Below, piece after piece: positions 8,238 through 14,159 of a stretch of 14,159 nucleotides of DNA (position 1 is the first letter of the stretch; each line of letters starts with the position of its first letter). Origin of the DNA: Neoechinorhynchus agilis (lineage: Eukaryota; Animalia; Acanthocephala). The stretch lies in contig JBMGUZ010000071.1 of assembly GCA_051530055.1 (NCBI GenBank), positions 1 to 14,159 of the forward strand. Reading direction: 5' to 3'. Below the pieces are notes generated by a model, which was not told the origin of the DNA, searched no databases, and was given only the letters and a program-made list of their open reading frames with translations. The translations under genes were made by a program, and so were the position numbers.

Positions 8238-8990
8238 TTATCCGCTCGAACCCCCTGAGCTGTGTTTCGTTTTTTGTTTTTCCATTGATTTTTTTATATT
8301 GATTTTTATCACGTCGCTGGCTGGAAGTTTCGAGCTAAAATTAGCTTTATTTCCCTCCATTGTGTTTGACGCAGCGATGTGTAAAGCCTCTAAAACCAGG
8401 CGTCTTTTTAAGATTTGTTCCTCTTCCATGAAGTAGGTGCCATTAAAATCAGCGCGATGCTTAAAAGTCTCTTGATGATTTGAGATTGCCGATGAATGCT
8501 CAAATCGAATGTAAGCTTGCTTATGTTGCGAGACCCTCTTCTTAATGCCCTTCATCGTTTGTCCGATGTAGACTTTATCACACTGTTCACAGTGCATTCT
8601 GTAAAACCCATGCATCGGCTCAGTTTTACTCTTCCTCTTGAATGTGCATCTGAGGGCGATTCCTTTATTGTTATAGAGACGAGTTCCAGCCTTCTTACTC
8701 ATAATGGAGTAGATCATTTGATTTGTTTCATCATTAATGAAGTTCACTTTTTCGAAACATATAAGCTCTGTGGGCGATTTTTGGTTGTGGTTGTTGTGTG
8801 GATGGTACTTCCTGCTTTTGATTCCGCGGTCTATAATCCATTTGGGATATCCCATCATTTTTAGCTTCTGGACTATCTTCTCCCTTTCTTTACTCCACGC
8901 CAATCGAGTGGATGAGATAAGAGAGGCTCTTCGGAAGTATGAAGAGACCGCCGAGATTTTATGCCTTATCGGTTGGTGACTTGACCAATG
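8238..8990 (-). pseudogene. PLE ORF, C-terminal part: RT thumb/linker and GIY-YIG endonuclease, out of frame with the RT core
   Basis: The frame reads HWSSHQPIRHKISAVSSYFRRA..KLKMMGYPKWII..HGFYRMHCEQCDKVYIGQT..KRVSQH..SAISNHQETFKH..RRLVLEALHI. This includes the GIY(GFY)-CxxC-YIG arrangement and His residues typical of PLE endonucleases. Confidence 0.9.
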
Positions 8991-8992
8991 TG

Positions 8993-10247
8993 ACGAAAAA
9001 GTGAGGTGCTAACTTTGCCTTGTGATGAGCGCTTAACAAGGACGTCCAGGAACGAGACCTCACCGTACATGCCCTCTTCATTGACTGTCCACTGCATGTG
9101 TGAATCTTGAATATTCAGATCAGCATCTAGTGAATCTTCGTTGTGGTTTGAATCAGTTAGAATGAATGCATCGTCTACATAACGCCAACATCGATTTACA
9201 TAACTATGAAAATCCAAGAAAGTGGACTCCCAATCCCGCATGTAAATGTCGCACAAAGTCGGAGCTAGTGGAGATCCCATGGCTACACCATCTTTTTGAT
9301 CGTAAAAAGAACCCTCGAATTCGAAGGCTGTCATACTCGTGCACCATTGAATTAGGGAATACCACGTACCACGGTCCAAACGTGGTTCACTGCAATTCTT
9401 CGATAGTAAATCAGCTGATAGTTCGATCGTTTTGGTCAACAGGACATTGGTGAAAAGAGCATTAACATCGGCCGTAAACATTCTGTGGAGCTTAACGTTT
9501 ATTTTCCTGATCTCAATCGCAAACGTAGGTCCATCCTTGATGTGCGAGGCGGAAGTTGCTACAATCGATCTTAATAAAACATTAATCCTTTTGGATAGGC
9601 GATGGTTGAACGACATGTAACTGGCTATAATTGGACGGTACTGCATGATTGGCTTGTGAATCTTCGGAAGGAGATATAGAAACGCACACTTAGCCGATGA
9701 TGATCGCGTCGCGTTGTAAAATTGAAGACTGATCAGAGACCTGTTCAACAAGTTCCTTAGGAAACCGTTAAATTTAATTTCTCTGCTTCGCATGGGATAT
9801 TTCGCCAGCCTCACGAATTTGTCAGAGTAAAGAGGATCGATAGCCCCCTTTTGATAACCTTCCATGTCCACAGCTACTAAAGCGCGTCCTTTGTCAGATT
9901 TGCAAATCATTATTGATGCCACATGCTTCACAGACTTCGCGATTGCCATTTCATCATTATCGTTGCGAACGTTCCGACTACGACCTTTCCTGTCATAGGC
10001 CACAATTGAACTCATCAGATCTGGATGTGAGTTTATGAGCAGCTCTGTATCACATCGGATTTTAGTCGATCGAATCTTATTCTTAATAATATAGTCGGGT
10101 CCCTTGTTCAGCAAATTCAGTTGCCTTGAGGAGATAGTGCGTTTTGATTTATTTACGAAGTAGCCGCGCTCTTCCCATGTTTTCGGTCTTAATTGTTCCA
10201 GCTTCCATAAGTGGCTCGTGGCTGTATGATCTTCCTCGATTGATACT
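8993..10247 (-). pseudogene. PLE ORF, reverse transcriptase core (part of track ORF 8966-10393)
   Basis: Motifs LLNKGPDY, KSDKGRALV, YLLPKIHK..RPII, ADVNALFTNV, QKDGVAMGSPLAP, RYVDD and SFLDVLV are present with no internal stop. A frameshift occurs at 8991-8992. Confidence 0.93.
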
Positions 10248-10361
10248 AGCAAAAATCGTAATATGGAAAACCTATTTTTAGATGACTGAAGAGGCGAGGA
10301 TACCTCGCGAAATATTTCGAATAAATAAAATATATAATGACCGGGATTATTCTCACCGAAA
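10248..10361 (+). repeat. Inverted 5' pseudo-LTR copy of the Penelope-like element
   Basis: Inverted copy of 8084-8197 (3 mismatches in 114 nt). Confidence 0.93.
10283..10319 (+). ncRNA. Minimal type I hammerhead ribozyme motif (antisense to the PLE ORF)
   Basis: CUGAAGA 10286-10292, extra G, stem II GCGAGG/CCUCGC (10294-10299/10303-10308, fully Watson-Crick), GAA 10309-10311, AUAU 10312-10315, predicted cleavage after U10316. Confidence 0.7.
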
Positions 10362-10795
10362 GTGTAATAAAAAATTCTTTTATTGATACTCAATACATCT
10401 TTAAAGTAAACTTAAAATTTTCAATACAGATGTATATTTTTCAACATTTGGGAAATCAATAGGCAATTTAGAAAGCTACAAATTTGAAGAATATATTAAT
10501 ACATAAATTTAAGATCAATGGCATTGTGCTTTAAGGTAATAATTTTCATATTCTTGTGTCTAATCGGATTCTTATTTATGGTCACTCATATAAATCTTGG
10601 TTACAAAAGATTTCTATAGAACTTTAATCCATCAAGATAAATCGATGATTTTAAACCCAACAGACGAGCAGAATTTTATCGTTTCGATTATCAATCTACG
10701 AATCGCAATAATTTTAATAGATAAGCTGATTTATTGTAATTCTTATTATTTAAGACAAAAGTTTTTGTACTTATATAACACGTTGATCATTCACA

Positions 10796-12720
10796 TCACC
10801 GCTCTGGACCACTCAGCTGCCGTCCTGGTGTAACGGTCGAAAGGACTGATGCAGCGTTCCACCGTAGCACAGCCAGACTTATATTTTGTTTGAAAAATGC
10901 TCCTGATCTCGGATCGCCAGTGATTCGTCTCAATCTCTTAGACAATTGCTTCACCAGGTCTTGCGCCGTAGTACCGAACGACCCACGTGCTTCGACGCCA
11001 AAGGGAACAAAATAATGATTTCGACCCAAGTCCCGGTATTTGGCCTTTTTGCGTTCTTCAGCGACGATTGCTGCTCCACCTGTTTAACAGCGGCGAATTT
11101 TATATTGTTGGCTGCGATTGGCGTCCCAAAGAAGGCATTTTCCTTCTCGCCACGGGAATACTGCAAGGCCGTCCGTTGTACGGCTATCGAGTTAGCCAAG
11201 ATTGCTTGGCTTTCGGATGTTGGCCGCATTCACAGTATTCAGGGCATGACTAGTAATTGCGTTCACTTCGGCGTGTAGTAACAACTTTCCTTTGGTTGCC
11301 GACAGACGAGACCATGACGTCCCGATTTTTCCACCGTTGCTCCTTAACGGTTACCATAGGATGTGCACATCGATATCCCAAGTCTCCGGGACACTGCAAT
11401 CCTTACTGTCTCGTTAGAGAGAAGGGTACCTACCGAAGCGATTAGGATTGTGTTGAGCCAAGCACCTGATTCTCTTGTAGAGACCGCCGCCAATCGAGTT
11501 CGGTTCACCAGGTCACGAGAATCTGAAATTAAAGAGTTATGAATTCTTGCTCCGACGATTGCAACCATTGACGGAAGCCTGTTTGCTGTCTGAATCTCCA
11601 CATCACAGATTAAGAGCATCCACGAAATTTTCATCCAAAGTGTTATTCTCGCCAATAAAAGACTGAACTATTTTGCGATGTGCTTTATAAGGCCCCAAAT
11701 AAGTTGGCAGAGGAATATCGACTGGTTTTCGGATACCCAAACCGCTGTAAGACCGAGGTTTAAAATATTCTCGAGAGAGGCGCGCAGCTTATACAACAGT
11801 TTTGGAATGAAGAGGGTGTTTTTGATAAGGAACAGAGCTTCATGTCAAGATAATTCATTAACTCGTTCGCACAGCACCGAAAGTTGCGGTTGAAGATTGG
11901 CAATCTCTGTTTCAACATTAGAATCAAAAATGCAGTTTCCTAGAGAACTCAAGCGGTCTTGAGTTATAAATTCTATCGCGGGTGCCAGGTTCTAATATCT
12001 CTCAAGAAAGTTTGCCTGGCCGCCTCATCTTCCACGTTCATCACTAAAGTCTCGCATTTCGCAACATTCAATTCAATGCCAATTTTCGCCGACTCCTTCA
12101 CGAATGTACAGGGGAGTTGAAGTCCCGTGGGCATTAGCGAAATAGCGAAATGCTTCTGGTGCGTGATCTCCAACTAGTTCGAGCAGTTCTGCTCGGTGAA
12201 CAGTGTTGAATGCATTTTTGAAATCACATTTCGAGATCACGCGCGGCTTTTAGTTTCCGGTGATGAAAGTTCGGAGTGAATGAAATGCATTTTTGAAATC
12301 AAATTTCAAGATCACGCACAGCTGTTAGTTTCCGGTGATGAAAGTAGCAGCCAAACTGAGTAGGACGAAGCAGCATCAAAATTTTTGCTGTTAAGCGTCG
12401 CAGAGTTGTTCCGATTACAATGTGGCGAATCCCACCTTCCTTTTTCGCGAGGGCACACAAAGATACGCCGAAAAAAAACTTAATCGCTTTCGAAATCAAC
12501 TCTCCCGCTGCCAATTGGTCGATTAAGCGTGCCAATGGATCTTCAAGGGACTGAGCAGCGTCACCTACTTAAAAAGAAGTCATATCCTTTAGGTGTTGGG
12601 GCCAGAGCCCGTGATCTGATCCGTTAGCATCTGAGGATATATCGTCTTCACTTCTGATTTCGATGATAAAACATAAGGAATCGTATCGAAGGGGGAATAT
12701 TTCACGAAATACTACCGACC
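10796..12720 (-). mobile_element. Decayed CRE-clade non-LTR retrotransposon (copy 2): partial RT plus restriction-like endonuclease
   Basis: RT motifs GLWPQHLKD, FFGVSLCALAKKEGGIRHIVIGTTLRRLTAK, DFKNAFN and IGIELNVAKCE. Then EALFLIKNTLFIPKLLYKLR, GRHGLVC, and endonuclease DGLAVFPWREGKCLLWDA..AEERKKAKY..FVPFGVEARGSFG..ISLAVLRWNAASVL. Many stops and frameshifts. The 5' boundary is approximate. Confidence 0.9.
12209..12345. repeat. Tandem duplication (62-bp units, 75-bp period) of the RT motif A region in CRE copy 2
   Basis: 12209-12270 versus 12284-12345, 57/62 identical. Each unit encodes KxDFKNAF on the - strand. Confidence 0.9.
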
Positions 12721-13383
12721 GCAGTCACTGAAATATTGCATATGTTTTTCATTCGTGAAACATTGGTGTCATCTCCGCCCCTCCGTAGCGATCACAGTTT
12801 AAATTTTCCCGAATGCGATTTAAAACAGCTAATCTAATTTTACTACAATCGAATCCATCTCATGAACAAGTTCTTTTGTTTCATGGATGAGGCGTAAATA
12901 GTTACATATTTTCAAGACATACTTTCTAAATAAGCAAATATTTAAATTCATTTCAAAATAAAATATTCAAAGTCATAATTAATTAAATTTAGCTCCAGAA
13001 AAATCACAGGTTTTTAAACATTAATGCCGACAAGTATCGGAAAAAAATTATGTTCGTTGATATCCTCAATTCTGATTTAATTAGGAGCCTCCAAACAAAA
13101 ATGAGCTGCAACTAAGCTTTGATAGGACTTTATTGTTGTTAAAAGAAAAATCAATGCAAATGGAGGCTTGGATTTGTGCACATAACAAAAAATTCACATT
13201 GAAATTGTTTAGACTAAATGTAAAATTGGACATCATACGAGGCTTTAGCTTATGTTTACCAATAAGCTATTTTGATATCGTGGTTATTGATTCTTCATCA
13301 ATTTGTTCCTCTCTAAAACCGGTTATATCGATGTGAATCGTAATTCATACATGTCAATTGTGTAATACTATCCTACTGACGAG

Positions 13384-13791
13384 ATGAGCTACACCAGCGA
13401 AGCTTTGCCAATCAAACAAGTTTTCACCGCAGTAGAGACGGTAAATATACTAATGAAACTTTCAATCGAATTCGAGTTTTTGTATTTAGCTCAAGGATGA
13501 TATCTGTAGCATCCTTTGTCTCCCAGAGTGCGCTCTTACGCCACTTAGCTTTAGACAGCTCATGATTAATGGAACTCCAATCAATTACTTGGTCAAGGTA
13601 AATTACTTATTAAAGCAGCTTTTATTCTAACATCTCCTTTTAAATAGACGAGCGTGACCCAAAAGGATTGTTGTGATCATTCAACGATTTGCATTTTAAA
13701 GATTAGAATAGTCAGTGTTACACCCGCAGAGTATTCGTTCATATCAGTCAAATGCAACGTTCCTTTAGAAGAGGATATTATTCCATTCTAA
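13384..13791 (+). CDS. Cys-rich stefin-like protein C, 102 aa; join(13384..13440,13490..13597,13648..13791)
   Basis: Phase-0 GT-AG introns of 49 and 50 nt; exon 2 is 108 nt. MSYTSEALPIKQVFTAVET|LKDDICSILCLPECALTPLSFRQLMINGTPINYLVK|TSVTQKDCCDHSTICILKIRIVSVTPAEYSFISVKCNVPLEEDIIPF*. An in-frame TAA lies upstream of the ATG. Confidence 0.85.
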
Positions 13792-13835
13792 ATTTAGAAT
13801 GGCTCGTAGACATGAGTAGTAGAACGAACTAGAAC

Positions 13836-13862
13836 TTATCGCTAATAAACCCAGTAGCTAGC
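13836..13862 (+). terminator. Putative polyadenylation/3'-end element of gene C (TTATCG ... AATAAA-N5-TAGCTAGC)
   Basis: TTATCG 13836-13841, AATAAA 13844-13849, TAGCTAGC 13855-13862. Confidence 0.6.
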
Positions 13863-14159
13863 TTGTTTCCGTAATTGTGAGCCGTGAGATGAAGGCAGGG
13901 AAAAGGAAATACTTGATTTGCTTAGTCGATATAAAATAAATGGACAGGCACACAAAATAAAGAATTTGTGCTTTTTAAAAAATGTTTTTTTTTATTAGAT
14001 AGCTACTTTACGCTACAAAATCAGCAACATGTATTTTCCATTGCAAAAACTGCTTTATAGGTTTCGTTGGTCAAAACCTAATTACAAATATCATAAGCTT
14101 AGAATTATAGCGCAGCATAGCTAAAAACGCATTGAATAAATGCGAAATTATTAAGGTGT

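Larger units (their letters stand above)
8084..10361 (-). mobile_element. Penelope-like retroelement (RT + GIY-YIG endonuclease) bounded by inverted pseudo-LTRs
   Basis: PLE RT motifs and a C-terminal GIY-YIG domain are present. There are 114-bp inverted terminal repeats with hammerhead motifs. No convincing target-site duplication was found. Confidence 0.95.

Noticed and set aside
8089-9620. + strand ORFs 8089-8436, 8496-8864, 8737-8979, 9166-9453 and 9432-9620
   Set aside because: They are antisense to the PLE ORF and have no independent motifs.
8030-10380. AATAAAA(A)ATT(CT) on both sides of the PLE as a target-site duplication
   Set aside because: The copies differ in length, are not flush with the repeat ends, and are low-complexity A/T sequence.
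10393-10435. 8-bp inverted repeat ATACATCT..AGATGTAT suggesting a MITE
   Set aside because: Too short, with no TSD and no second copy.
12209-12345. Repeat-spacer-repeat pattern as a CRISPR-like array
   Set aside because: There are only two 62-bp units, they encode RT motif A, and the context is eukaryotic.

Overview
AT-rich eukaryotic genomic DNA, probably from an animal with a compact genome. It uses the standard genetic code and has short GT-AG introns of 46-74 nt. The ORF track misses the main host genes because they are spliced. I found three + strand, 3-exon paralogs (1523-1935, 6662-7071, 13384-13791) encoding 102-104 aa stefin (type 1 cystatin)-like proteins. They keep the stefin intron positions and C-terminal D/E-D/E-I-x-x-F tail, but lack the QxVxG inhibitory motif and carry 6-7 Cys each. 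They also share a fixed-spacing 3' element. A spliced 501-aa Gln/Met/Asn-rich orphan gene lies on the - strand (4157-5784). Between these genes are retroelements: a nearly intact Penelope-like element (RT + GIY-YIG, 8084-10361, -) with 114-bp inverted pseudo-LTRs each carrying a minimal hammerhead ribozyme motif, two decayed CRE-clade non-LTR elements in opposite orientation that share a 149-bp island of about 99% identity, and a probable LINE ORF1 remnant at the left edge. All translations, alignments and counts were done by hand; no database search was run.
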